From Anaerolineae bacterium (lineage in GTDB: Bacteria > Chloroflexota > Anaerolineae > DUEN01): a stretch of DNA of 64,000 nt. This document shows positions 1-9,470 of the stretch, piece after piece (the first letter of the stretch is position 1; every line of letters begins with the position of its first letter). The stretch is taken from contig JANXBS010000002.1 of assembly GCA_025060615.1 (NCBI GenBank), positions 130,860 to 194,859 of the forward strand, in the 5' to 3' direction. A program made the position numbers and the translations under genes. The notes under the pieces are model-generated. The model made no database searches. It saw only the letters and a list, made by a program, of their open reading frames with translations, and was not told the origin of the DNA.

Positions 1-397
1 GAAGCCGAGGCTGTAACCACAAGAAGTGGGTCGTCATCAGCCACGCTGCCGGCCAGGCCCGCAGCGTATAGGGCAGGATTCCTAGATGGAAGACCATCGC
101 CGACTCCACCAGGACGAGCCAGAGCAAGGGGGTAAGGGCAAACAGGATGGCATGCCAAGCCCAGGGAGGCAAGGGGGCAAGCCGGCTTAGCCAGCCCAGG
201 GCTTCCTCCAGCGGATGACCTAACGGGACGGGAGCTATCTGTCTGGTTTGCTGTAACAGAGTATGAAGCGCCGCCCACTCCGCCGCGCAGCGGGAACAGG
301 CGGCCAGGTGTCGTACCACCCGGTGCCGCTCCCACGGGGCCAAGTGGCCCTCCACCGCTGCGGCAATCATCACCTCTGAGAGATGCTCCTGGGGCAC
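1..397 (-). CDS. Anti-sigma factor, zinc-finger (ZAS) type, 5' part only (runs off the window edge)
   Basis: Minus-strand frame opens with GTG at 397, preceded by GGGAGG. Translation VPQEHLSEVMIAAAVEGHLAPWERHRVVRHLAACSRCAAEW carries the HxxxCxxC zinc anti-sigma motif, followed by a hydrophobic segment. It lies directly downstream of the ECF sigma gene. Absent from the ORF track because no stop falls inside the window. Confidence 0.6.
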   Translation of the reverse strand, partial: MPQEHLSEVMIAAAVEGHLAPWERHRVVRHLAACSRCAAEWAALHTLLQQTRQIAPVPLGHPLEEALGWLSRLAPLPPWAWHAILFALTPLLWLVLVESAMVFHLGILPYTLRAWPAAWLMTTHFLWLQPRL

Positions 398-552
398 TAG
401 ACCTCCCTCAATCCCTAAAGCTCATCGCAATGTCCAGCGTATCTTGCGGGCTCCTTGGCGTGCTTCTCCACTGTTTGATCCCTCTATATTGTTAGTGGCA
501 ATTGCGAGCTGAAATGTGACACTCAAAGGAACGAATCTTGCAAATTCGTTCC

Positions 553-1098
553 CTATTCGACTATGACTCGCCGTAACCGCTGGAGCGCTCGAGCCTTGCG
601 CTGTCGCACCCTTGTCGCAGTCCACGGATGTCTAAACAGACGGCTCAATAAGCTTGCGATCTCCTCTGCAGTATAGCCACTGGCATCCAGACGCAAAATG
701 AGCTGCTCAACAGGAGATAGCGTTTGCCAAATTACAGCCCGCATCTCGGCCATCGTGAACTGCTGCTCAATCCTATCAGAAAGCTCCTCAGGCAACTCAG
801 GGGGATCAGGCACCTCAAATCCCCATCTCCGCTGTTGGCGCCCAGCAACCCGGATCACGATGGCTCCTAGATAGGTGATCAAACGGCTGCGGCCGCTAAA
901 CTGGCGTAGGGCACGGCACTGATTGCGTAATAGCTCCACCAGCACCTCCTGAGCCAGCTCCTCCCGATCGGCAGGGATAAACCATCGCGTGGCGGCCAAC
1001 CCGCCAATCAGCCGTTGAACCAGATTTAGGAGGTGAGACCAGGCTCCCTCATCCCCCCGAAGGCAGCGATCCACCAGCTCGCAATCCATACCGGCCAT
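553..1098 (-). CDS. RNA polymerase ECF-type sigma-70 family sigma factor
   Basis: 181 aa with sigma region 2 (LVELLRNQCRALRQFSG) and region 4 (LSPVEQLILRLDASGYTAEEIASLL). Paired with the downstream ZAS anti-sigma. Confidence 0.85.
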   Translation of the reverse strand: MAGMDCELVDRCLRGDEGAWSHLLNLVQRLIGGLAATRWFIPADREELAQEVLVELLRNQCRALRQFSGRSRLITYLGAIVIRVAGRQQRRWGFEVPDPPELPEELSDRIEQQFTMAEMRAVIWQTLSPVEQLILRLDASGYTAEEIASLLSRLFRHPWTATRVRQRKARALQRLRRVIVE

Positions 1099-1576
1099 GC
1101 CCGCGCCCAGCCAAAATGATCTTTGTGCTCGTCCTCTCTTGCATCCCGAGGCTGCGGGCAGGTCACTCGGCTAGAGAGAAGGGAGCTAACGCGAGGGAAG
1201 AGGCCTTTGTAGGGAGCGACACGGACAGCAGCTAATCACGGGATGAAGACAACGACGAGAAGCGCTATCCTCTTCGATTGGAAAAGGGGCATGCTGGGAT
1301 GAACACGATGAGATTGCAAAGGTCCCGCAATTTCCCGCAACGGTCTTTGCCTTTTTGTAAATTATATGGAACGATGTGAGGCCTTGTCAATACCCTGTTT
1401 TGCAGAAATGATGGGATCGTGCTTGAGAGGATGTTTGAAAAACTTGGATCAGTTCCTGTTATTTCAGTTTCGTGGACGTAAAAGGGCAGTACACCTCACC
1501 GGGGATGCTTTCGGCTTCGTCTGAGTCGGTTTCCTCCCTATTCGGACGGGTTTTCGTGACCTTCTCTGACCAGGTA

Positions 1577-3112
1577 TCACTCCAAAGCGTGTAACTGCTC
1601 ATAGACGGGGCAGAGCGCGGTATAAGCGGCCTGGAACACCGGGAACAGCCGCTGGTACACCGCCTCCGTTGTCGGATCAGGCTCATGGCGATCCACGATC
1701 TCGATGAATCGATCCACCACGTCGAAATCAGGGAACAGCCCCACCCCGACGCCCCCGGCGATGGCTGCTCCTAGCGAGGTCGCTTCTTCCAACAGACGTG
1801 GGCGCAACACGGGCAAACGATAGATATCAGCCATGAGCTGACGCCAGAACCGCCCTCTAGCCCCGCCGCCGATGACGCGCATTTCTCGGATCTCGGCACC
1901 CGCCTCCAGGAATACCTCCAGGATCATCTTTAGGTTCATCGTGATCCCTTCCAGCGTCGCCCGGATCAGGTCTTCGCGCGTGTGCTTAAGGGTTAACCCG
2001 ATAAAGGCCCCGCGCGCCTTAGGGTTCCAGTAAGGCGTGCGCTCACCCAACAGGTAGGGGAGGAAGATCAAGTGATTCGCCCCTGGCGGTGACTGCTCCG
2101 CCTTGAGGTTCATGATCTCGTACACATCTACGTCCGCCTGCTCAGCTGCCAGCGCCTCTGAAGTGCAGATCTGGCGGCGCAGCCACTGGTACGATCCGCC
2201 GGCCGCCTGCATCGTACCACAAGGAATGAACTTGCCAGGGATCATATGAGCGTAGTTAAAGATCTTCATGCCTGGGTCCACCAGTGGCTGCGAGGTCGTG
2301 AGGGCGATCCACGACGAGGAGCCCACGTAGTTGTAGGCCAGGCCCTCGCGTACGGCACCGGCGCCGACCGTAGCACTGGCTCCATCCCCCCCGCCGATGA
2401 CGACGGGGATGCCTGCGCGCAGCCCCAGCTCAGCAGCCGCCTCACGGGTGACCTCGCCTACCACGTCCGTGGAATCGTGGATCTCCGGCAATAGCTCGGC
2501 GTCCAACCCTGCCGCATCCAGGATCTCGGCCGACCACGTCCCTTGCGCCAGGTCATACAGGTTCATCCCCGACGCATCAGAGCGATCGGTTACAAAACAG
2601 CCGGTAAGGCGATAGACGATATAATCCTTCACATGCAGGAATTTATGCGCCTGAGCGAATACTTCTGGCTCGTGGTCACGCACCCACATGATCTTGGCGC
2701 CCGAGAGCGTGGGGGTGATGCGGTGGCCGGTGATGCGATACACCTTGGCCATCCCCAGTTTGGCCTCCAACGCGGCAGCCTGTTCGACCGAGCGCTGATC
2801 AGCCCAGATGATGCAACGGCGCAGAGGTCGCCCCTGCCGATCCACCGGAAGACAGGCCTGCATCTGTCCGCTAAACGAGATACAGGCCACATCCTCGGGC
2901 CCCACTGAGGCATTGGCGAAAAGCCGCTGTGTGCACGCGCAGACGGCCTTCCACCAATCAGCGGGGTCTTGCTCCGCCCAGTTGCTGCGGGGATGGTATG
3001 TCTCATAACTGTAGAAAGTGCGGGCTACAACTTGTCCATCGGGGCCATAAAGGGTTGCCTTATCACCTGTGGTGCCCAGATCATGAGCGAGGATATGTTG
3101 GGGTTGAGACAT
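1577..3112 (-). CDS. FGGY-family carbohydrate kinase (xylulokinase-like)
   Basis: 511 aa. Shows the FGGY N-terminal motif (HILAHDLGTTGDKATLYGPDGQVV) and FGGY C-terminal region. Last gene of the sugar ABC operon. Confidence 0.8.
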   Translation of the reverse strand: MSQPQHILAHDLGTTGDKATLYGPDGQVVARTFYSYETYHPRSNWAEQDPADWWKAVCACTQRLFANASVGPEDVACISFSGQMQACLPVDRQGRPLRRCIIWADQRSVEQAAALEAKLGMAKVYRITGHRITPTLSGAKIMWVRDHEPEVFAQAHKFLHVKDYIVYRLTGCFVTDRSDASGMNLYDLAQGTWSAEILDAAGLDAELLPEIHDSTDVVGEVTREAAAELGLRAGIPVVIGGGDGASATVGAGAVREGLAYNYVGSSSWIALTTSQPLVDPGMKIFNYAHMIPGKFIPCGTMQAAGGSYQWLRRQICTSEALAAEQADVDVYEIMNLKAEQSPPGANHLIFLPYLLGERTPYWNPKARGAFIGLTLKHTREDLIRATLEGITMNLKMILEVFLEAGAEIREMRVIGGGARGRFWRQLMADIYRLPVLRPRLLEEATSLGAAIAGGVGVGLFPDFDVVDRFIEIVDRHEPDPTTEAVYQRLFPVFQAAYTALCPVYEQLHALE

Positions 3113-3193
3113 AGTTCTGCTCTCGATCGCAAGGCCAGGGTAACGAACAGCAAGGTTAAAGCGCTGAAGCGACTATTCTCCGTAGATGTTGAA

Positions 3194-4225
3194 TCAACCC
3201 TTGATAGCTCCCACCAGCAAGCCGCGGGCAATGTATCTTTCCAATGCAATCGCCATCGCGATGACCGGGAGGATCATGATTAGGATTAATACGGACATAT
3301 ACCACCATTGCGGCCCGCGCGTGGCATTTTGCGCGGCAACCGTCAGCGGCAATGTCTGCGCTCTTGCGCTGGTGAGAAAGAGGGCCAACAGGTATTCGTT
3401 CCAGGCGAACACCAGCACGAAGAGGAAAGTGGCCACAAGGCCAGGAGTGGAAAGGGGCAAAACGATAGACCAGAAGATGCGATAGCGAGAGGCCCCATCA
3501 ATCGCTGCGCACTCCTCCAGTTCCACAGGGATGGTCTGGAAGTAATCGCGCATCAGCCAGACCACGATAGGCAGATTGGTAGCCACGTACGTGGTGATCA
3601 GCGCAATCCTGGTGTCGAGCAGGCCCAGCCGCTGGTATAGGATGTAAATCGGCAGGACCACCGCCACTGGCGGCAAAATCCGCTGTGAGATCATCCAGAA
3701 GGCGATGTCGTTATTGCTCAGCGAACGGCGGAAGCGCCGGCCGATGGTCTGGGCCAGCAAAAGGAAGACGGCGATGCAGGAGACCACCGTCACCTGCCAG
3801 GGCGCCCCCAGCGTGATCGCCACAATGGCCAGCGCCACACATCCGATGAACAGCCCGATTGTGCCCAGGCGTGGCCGATATTGAAAGCGGGTCAGCGCAT
3901 AGGAGGCGGCCGTACCCAGTGCCAACGTGAGCACCGTACTGGTCAATCCCACGACGACCGTGTTCATATAAGGGCGCAGGGTGTCATTGCGCAGATCTAC
4001 GAAGATATAACGCCAGGCATGACCTGAGGGCTGAAAATCCACAAACGGCAGATATACTGGGCCATCGTTCACGTGGATCGGCAGCTTCACCGAGGTGACG
4101 ACCAGCCAATACAACGGAAACAACACGATGAAAGCCCAAAACCCCAGGATGAGGTAAGATACCACCATCCCTGCTGGAGAGGGCACAAACGGAGACAACG
4201 CGATACGACGACTACGGCCCAACAT
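3194..4225 (-). CDS. Carbohydrate ABC transporter permease (MalG-like)
   Basis: 343 aa, multi-TM. Has the EAA loop region (AAIDGASRYRIFWSIVLPLSTPGL). Confidence 0.85.
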   Translation of the reverse strand: MLGRSRRIALSPFVPSPAGMVVSYLILGFWAFIVLFPLYWLVVTSVKLPIHVNDGPVYLPFVDFQPSGHAWRYIFVDLRNDTLRPYMNTVVVGLTSTVLTLALGTAASYALTRFQYRPRLGTIGLFIGCVALAIVAITLGAPWQVTVVSCIAVFLLLAQTIGRRFRRSLSNNDIAFWMISQRILPPVAVVLPIYILYQRLGLLDTRIALITTYVATNLPIVVWLMRDYFQTIPVELEECAAIDGASRYRIFWSIVLPLSTPGLVATFLFVLVFAWNEYLLALFLTSARAQTLPLTVAAQNATRGPQWWYMSVLILIMILPVIAMAIALERYIARGLLVGAIKG

Positions 4226-4246
4226 CCTCTAGTCCCTCAACTCACA

Positions 4247-5422
4247 TCATAGCGCTTCCACGAACCGACGGCGGATCAGGTTCACCGCAACCATCGCCAC
4301 GAACGTGACGACGAGCAGTAAAATGTAGGCCACTGCTGCCGATCCCCCTACGTCCAACGTGCGCCAAGTCATGAACGCGTGAAGGGTGAGCGACTCGGTG
4401 GCCGTCCCCGGGCCACCGTTGGTGAGCACGTTCGGCAAATCCACGATCTTAAAGGCCTCAATCAATCGGATCAGGATCAACGTGGAACTCACCGGCAGGA
4501 TCTGCGGCAACGTGATCTCCCAGAAGATCTGCCAGCGGGTTGCGCCATCTACCACCGCCGCCTCGATGGGCTCGGTGGGCTGGCTCTCCAGCACGGCCAG
4601 GAGCACGATGAACATGAACGGCGTCCACTGCCAGATATCGCCGATCATTACCGCCGCCCGCGCGCCCCAAGGGTCGTTCACCCATGACCAGGCCCCCAGA
4701 CCCAGGGCCATCCAGATCGGGGCAAAGGGCCCTTTGGTCATGTCGGTTAACATGCGGAAAGTGTAGGCGATGCCCACCGGCGTGATCATCATCGGCAACA
4801 GGAAGACCACTCGGAAGAAGCGCCGGCCGGGGATCTGTTGGACGCAGAGCAAGGCCAGCAAGAGCCCTAACAAGTATTGGATCGCCACACCTACGAACAC
4901 GTAAATGAGGGTGACCACCAAGGTGCCCGGGCGGCCATGCGGACTGACCGTGTGCACCACCAGCCAAACGCCAGCCCCGGTGATCACGGCGGCCACACAG
5001 CGCCAGAAAAACCCGCGCGGAGAGAAGTTCTCACTGCGAGCGTAGCGCCACAGGGCCAGAGCCAAGCCGAGCACGCTCGCGCCGAAGATCAGCCAGCCCA
5101 GGGGCGATGGGTTCGATAAGACGCCGAGAAAGTGTTCTCGCTCGCTTCCCAAGAACAGCTTACGATAGTTGGCCAGCCCGACGAAGGAGATCTTGAAGCC
5201 CCCCTTCACAAACTGTAGCCGCGCCAAGGACAGGTATAACGACACGATGAGAGGGAAGATGGAGAGGAACAAGATCACCAGGACGGAAGGCAGCAAGAAG
5301 GCACTGCTGGCCAAGCCTTCCAACCGCAAGGCCAGCTTCGTCATCGGGCTGATCACGGTAACCGTCGGCTCCAGGCCCGGCTCAACCGGGGCCGGACCTG
5401 GAGCAGGCTTTGTGACTGCCAT
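4247..5422 (-). CDS. Carbohydrate ABC transporter permease (MalF-like)
   Basis: 391 aa, multi-TM. Has the EAA motif (EAAVVDGATRWQIFWEITLPQILPV). Confidence 0.85.
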   Translation of the reverse strand: MAVTKPAPGPAPVEPGLEPTVTVISPMTKLALRLEGLASSAFLLPSVLVILFLSIFPLIVSLYLSLARLQFVKGGFKISFVGLANYRKLFLGSEREHFLGVLSNPSPLGWLIFGASVLGLALALWRYARSENFSPRGFFWRCVAAVITGAGVWLVVHTVSPHGRPGTLVVTLIYVFVGVAIQYLLGLLLALLCVQQIPGRRFFRVVFLLPMMITPVGIAYTFRMLTDMTKGPFAPIWMALGLGAWSWVNDPWGARAAVMIGDIWQWTPFMFIVLLAVLESQPTEPIEAAVVDGATRWQIFWEITLPQILPVSSTLILIRLIEAFKIVDLPNVLTNGGPGTATESLTLHAFMTWRTLDVGGSAAVAYILLLVVTFVAMVAVNLIRRRFVEAL

Positions 5423-5427
5423 AACCT

Positions 5428-6957
5428 CTATTCCTTAGGAATGCCAAGGGTCGCCTTATAGGCCGCGAGCTGCGACTCCCGGCCCAGCTCTTCCGTGATC
5501 TCCTCCCAGCCGTCGTAAATCTGCTTCATCGCCTCATCGCGGGTGATCTCGCCGGCCAGGAACTGGGAGACTGCCTTGTCCAACACGATCTGCTGGTAGC
5601 GCTGATTCTGTGGGATCCGTAGATCCAGCACCATGTTGGGGCTTTCCAGGCTAGCCTTGATCGCCCCCAGGTAGTCCTTGGCAGCGGCCTCGCTCATGCC
5701 GGCCTTTACCCACAGGTCGATGTTCTCAAACTGCGAGATGCGGTACGGGTTGAAGCCCGTCCGGCCGATGGTCACGTCTACGTTGGCCTGCGCCGGCTGA
5801 GACATGTAGGAGAGGAAGGCATACGCCGCATCCTTGACCTTGGGATCCACAGCCGCGTTGATGGCGCCAGACCAGCCGCCAAAGGCAGCATAGGGAGCGT
5901 GGTTCACGCCGTTAATCGCATAGGGGCAGGTCTTCTCGTCGCAGTCCACCAGCTTGCCAGTGGCCCGATCGAGCACCTTGCGGGAACCGGGTAGGATGAC
6001 CGAGCCTACTTTATCAATCACCTTAGAAGTCTCCGGATCAATCGCCAAGGTGCCGATGTCGCCCCAGTCGATGGAGAGCGCACAGCGGCCGGAGGTGAAG
6101 AGGCCGCGCGTATCGCCTACATCCAAGTTTAGCTCATCTGGTGGGCCGTACTTGGTCGTCTCGTTGTAGACGTCCAGCGCCGCCGCAAAGGCCTCGTTGT
6201 TAACCAGGGGCTTGAAGGTTTCAAGATCGAAGAACGAGCCCTGCGCGGTGCCCTGGCTCTGCAAGAAGCCGGCAGCTACCGACCACACCATCCAGTAGGC
6301 TTGCGCGTTGCGCTTCTTGGAAATGCACGAGCCATAATCCGGGGTGCCATCGCCATTGAGGTCTCTGCCGTGGAAGGTCTTGGCGATGTTCAGATAGTCC
6401 TCCCACGTCTCAGGTGGCTTGAGCCCCTCTTGCTCCAGCAAGTCCTTGCGGTAATAGGCCATCTGGAAGTCGCCATCCAGCGGGATGGTGTAAATGCGGC
6501 CCTCGTAAGTGGAGCTGAAGTTGCGGAAGAAGGGTGCGATATCCTCCCATTGAAGGTCCTTGTCCGCCTTCACCCGATCGGTCAGATCCTCCAGATAGCC
6601 GGGGACGATGTAGTCCACCATCCACTGGGGGGCGAACACGAAGGCCTGATACGCGTTGGTACCCGTCGCCAGATCAGTCAGGATCTTTTGATAAAGATCG
6701 CTGAAGGGGACGACGACCACGTTGATCTTGGCACCGGTGAGCTTCTGGAAGTCGGGGGCTCGCCGCTGCAGTGGCTCAGCGATCTGTGGGCCGGTGAAGG
6801 TCAGGACATTTACCTCGATGCCCTCGAACGGCAAGGCCGCCTTGGGTGTTTCCGCTGGCGCCACCGCGACCGGAGTTGCCGGCGGCACGCAACCAATGAC
6901 CAAGAGGAGCAGGATACCGAAGAAGGACAGCAATGCCAGATGGGTACGCCGAAACAT
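5428..6957 (-). CDS. Extracellular solute-binding lipoprotein of a CUT1 sugar ABC transporter
   Basis: 509 aa. Signal peptide with lipobox (LLVIGC). SBP family 1 architecture. First gene of the SBP-permease-permease-kinase operon. Confidence 0.8.
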   Translation of the reverse strand: MFRRTHLALLSFFGILLLLVIGCVPPATPVAVAPAETPKAALPFEGIEVNVLTFTGPQIAEPLQRRAPDFQKLTGAKINVVVVPFSDLYQKILTDLATGTNAYQAFVFAPQWMVDYIVPGYLEDLTDRVKADKDLQWEDIAPFFRNFSSTYEGRIYTIPLDGDFQMAYYRKDLLEQEGLKPPETWEDYLNIAKTFHGRDLNGDGTPDYGSCISKKRNAQAYWMVWSVAAGFLQSQGTAQGSFFDLETFKPLVNNEAFAAALDVYNETTKYGPPDELNLDVGDTRGLFTSGRCALSIDWGDIGTLAIDPETSKVIDKVGSVILPGSRKVLDRATGKLVDCDEKTCPYAINGVNHAPYAAFGGWSGAINAAVDPKVKDAAYAFLSYMSQPAQANVDVTIGRTGFNPYRISQFENIDLWVKAGMSEAAAKDYLGAIKASLESPNMVLDLRIPQNQRYQQIVLDKAVSQFLAGEITRDEAMKQIYDGWEEITEELGRESQLAAYKATLGIPKE

Positions 6958-7095
6958 AGAGCACCTCCTGACATTCTATGGGGCCCGAGAAGGGGAAGAA
7001 ACCTCAGGCCTGGCTGAACCTCCTCTATGTAAAGTGTATAGCGATTACATCCACCTGTCAAGTCGCTCAAGAAATCTAGCTTTTGCTCAGCCTTC

Positions 7096-7941
7096 CTACG
7101 GCGCGCGGTACCACCCGTACACGTACCCTAACGCGCTTACATACGAGGCGAGCGCCTTCAGCGGCTTAAAACCGGGCTTCCAGCTCGGCGCGGCGAATGA
7201 ATAAGGGAGGAAGATGTTAGGGAGCAGGATCGCAGTGCGAAACAGCACATAGGCGAGCGCGTGCAGAGGGGTCTTCAGTGCCCGGCCGCGCGCCCGGCTG
7301 GGATCTCGCCGCACCTCCTGCGCGTGCCCTAGTCCATATCGCCACTGTTTACGCAGGAGCGCGCTCAACGTGGCCGGGGCGGGATGCCATACCCACGCTT
7401 GGGGAACCAGGATGAAACGATATCCCAGCCGGCGTACCCGCACGAAGAACTCGGTGTCCACCCCTTGCTCTAGCGTCTCGTCGAAGCCACCGGCCCGCTC
7501 GAACACCTCGCGGCGCAGCGCGCAGCAGGTCGTAGTGATCTCGCAATAATAGGACGGCGGATCGGGATTGGTTTCCAGCGGCTGCTGGACCACAGGATGC
7601 TCGATCCGGGGTACTTCCCGGGCTACCCAGCGTTGAAACCAGGTTGAGCTGGGAGGGATAAGCTTGCTCGTGCCGGTCACCCCTACCGAGGGGTCGGCTA
7701 GCGGGGCGATCAGCCGCTCGATCGTGTCGGGCTGAGCGAGCACGGCGTCATCATCAACCAGCACCAACATCTTGGCCGTGGTGCGGGAGATGCCTACGTT
7801 GCGCGCCCGGCCGTTAGGCCGTACCCCTATCACCACCTCCACTTGGGCGATGGGGATTCGCTGAGCGCGAACGCTGGCCAGCGTGGCCTCCGCCGCGCCG
7901 CTCAACGAAGGGATCACAACGGCCACGTCAGACGCAGTCAT
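7096..7941 (-). CDS. Glycosyltransferase family 2
   Basis: N-terminal VAVVIPSL with DDD/DxD (LVLVDDDAVL), the GT-A fold signature. The start overlaps the flippase stop by ATGA. Confidence 0.75.
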   Translation of the reverse strand: MTASDVAVVIPSLSGAAEATLASVRAQRIPIAQVEVVIGVRPNGRARNVGISRTTAKMLVLVDDDAVLAQPDTIERLIAPLADPSVGVTGTSKLIPPSSTWFQRWVAREVPRIEHPVVQQPLETNPDPPSYYCEITTTCCALRREVFERAGGFDETLEQGVDTEFFVRVRRLGYRFILVPQAWVWHPAPATLSALLRKQWRYGLGHAQEVRRDPSRARGRALKTPLHALAYVLFRTAILLPNIFLPYSFAAPSWKPGFKPLKALASYVSALGYVYGWYRAP

Positions 7942-9470
7942 AGGCGTATCCTCGTCAGCCAGATCCCTAGCCGTGGGCTCATCCGGCTCAGGCTTTCCCG
8001 ATCAGCCTCGGAGAGCGGGCGCATCCCCCACCAGCCAGCGCAGAACAACAAGGCGTAGAGGAGCGCGCTGGCCGCCAGGGTGATCGGCGTCCCTCGGTCT
8101 ATAGGCCTGCTCAGTAGCCCGGCTACGCCCATGACCAGCAATAGCTTCAGGGCGTAACGGATGGGGTACGCGCTGCCGCTCAAGCGCATGGTAAAGGCCT
8201 GTTCCAGCAGGCCCATCAAAAAGCCGCTGGTCGCCGTCGCCAGGATGGCCCCCAGCGCTCCCCACCAGGGGATCCACCACACGGCCAGCGCGATGTTGAG
8301 CACTCCGCCGATGGCCCGAAACGTCAAGGGGATGTGCTCTCGACGCAGGGCGTAAAGGGTGGCCGTGTTTAGCCCGCCACCCATGAATCGCATAGCAAAG
8401 CCGTAGGCCAGGTAGGCGGTCAACAACGGGATGGCCGGCTCGTATTCCGGCCCGTACAACCGGATGAGGCTGGGGACGTGGAGCACGGCGAATAGCAGGA
8501 TCGGCTGGCTCAGGGTAGCCGTCACGCGCAGCATGGCCTCGTAAAAGCGACGCAACACCTGGCCTCCCCGCATTGCCGCCTCAACCAGCGCTGTCTGGCT
8601 CACCCCTTCGAACCCCAACAGCAGTCCGGTGGTGGCGATCAAGGTCAAGGTGGCAGCCAAGTTGTAGAAGCCCATCTCGGCCGGATCCCGCAACAACAAA
8701 CCCAGTAACAGGATGTCGGCTTGTTGGCCCAGCACATAGTTGAGGCCGTTGGTAAGGCCCAGGGTCAGGCCGAAACGGTATACCCGGCCCATCGGCATGG
8801 GTTCAGCCGGGCCTGTCAGAAAGCGTCGCGCCTGCCAGAGCAGCACTAGCGCTGCGAGCAGCGTGCTGGCCCCCATGACCCCCAGCAGAGGCTCGCTTCG
8901 CGCGCCGCGGGCCAAAAGGCACCCCCCGACGCCCAGGTTGAGCAACTGGATCCCCACGCGGACACCGGTGACGGTGGTCATCTCCAGCCGGCCCACCAGG
9001 AAATAGCTGATCAGGTTCGTCAGGTTATAGCCTACCACGTATGGGATCACCCAGCGGATGGCGCTGGCCCGCACGCCGCTTCGATCGGCCAGCCAGGCAG
9101 CCTCGGCCCACAGTAAGATCACTGCAGCCAGCAGAATCAGCGCGCGCCAGCGCAGCAGGGTGCGCAGCAGGTAGGCCTGGCGAGCCGGATAGGCGCTCTG
9201 CTCCGGGACGAAATTGTTCAGCGCGTTCTCGAAGCCCAGCCCGAAGATCAAGGTGGCGATAGTGTGCACGCTGATGGCGAAGGAGAAGATGCCGAACTCC
9301 CGCGGGCCGAGCGCGGCGGCAATGAGGCTGAAGAACAGAAAGCGGGCCCCGTATTCGAGGACGCGCCCGCTGTAGTTCCAAAGCAATCCTGCACTAAAGC
9401 GGCGGGCCAGGTTGCTACTTTCTGCGCTGATAGACCGATCAGCCGGAGAGGCTTTCACGTCGCCTTGCTT
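7938..9470 (-). CDS. Polysaccharide/oligosaccharide flippase (MOP/Wzx-like)
   Basis: Polytopic membrane protein. The N-terminal LWNYSGRVLEYGARFLFFSLIAAALGPREFGIFS is typical of MOP flippases. The ORF track extends it to 9692, but the internal start MKQGDV at 9470 avoids a large overlap with GT4. Confidence 0.7.
   Translation of the reverse strand, partial: KQGDVKASPADRSISAESSNLARRFSAGLLWNYSGRVLEYGARFLFFSLIAAALGPREFGIFSFAISVHTIATLIFGLGFENALNNFVPEQSAYPARQAYLLRTLLRWRALILLAAVILLWAEAAWLADRSGVRASAIRWVIPYVVGYNLTNLISYFLVGRLEMTTVTGVRVGIQLLNLGVGGCLLARGARSEPLLGVMGASTLLAALVLLWQARRFLTGPAEPMPMGRVYRFGLTLGLTNGLNYVLGQQADILLLGLLLRDPAEMGFYNLAATLTLIATTGLLLGFEGVSQTALVEAAMRGGQVLRRFYEAMLRVTATLSQPILLFAVLHVPSLIRLYGPEYEPAIPLLTAYLAYGFAMRFMGGGLNTATLYALRREHIPLTFRAIGGVLNIALAVWWIPWWGALGAILATATSGFLMGLLEQAFTMRLSGSAYPIRYALKLLLVMGVAGLLSRPIDRGTPITLAASALLYALLFCAGWWGMRPLSEADRESLSRMSPRLGIWLTRIRL

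Noticed and set aside
1459-1686. 75-aa minus-strand ORF overlapping the kinase 3' end and intergenic region
   Set aside because: It overlaps the FGGY kinase stop region. Its Cys/Arg/Ser-rich low-complexity product is probably spurious.
2246-3283. Cluster of antisense/overlapping ORFs (2246..2494, 2397..2615, 2543..2908, 2629..3006, 2808..3008, 2929..3114, 2969..3283) inside the FGGY kinase gene
   Set aside because: Typical high-GC open-frame artefacts: Arg/Pro/Ala-rich translations with no RBS, all embedded in a well-supported CDS.
4379-5119. ORFs 4379..4687, 4386..4766, 4458..4967, 4877..5119 within the MalF-like permease gene
   Set aside because: Antisense or alternate-frame artefacts of GC-rich coding DNA.
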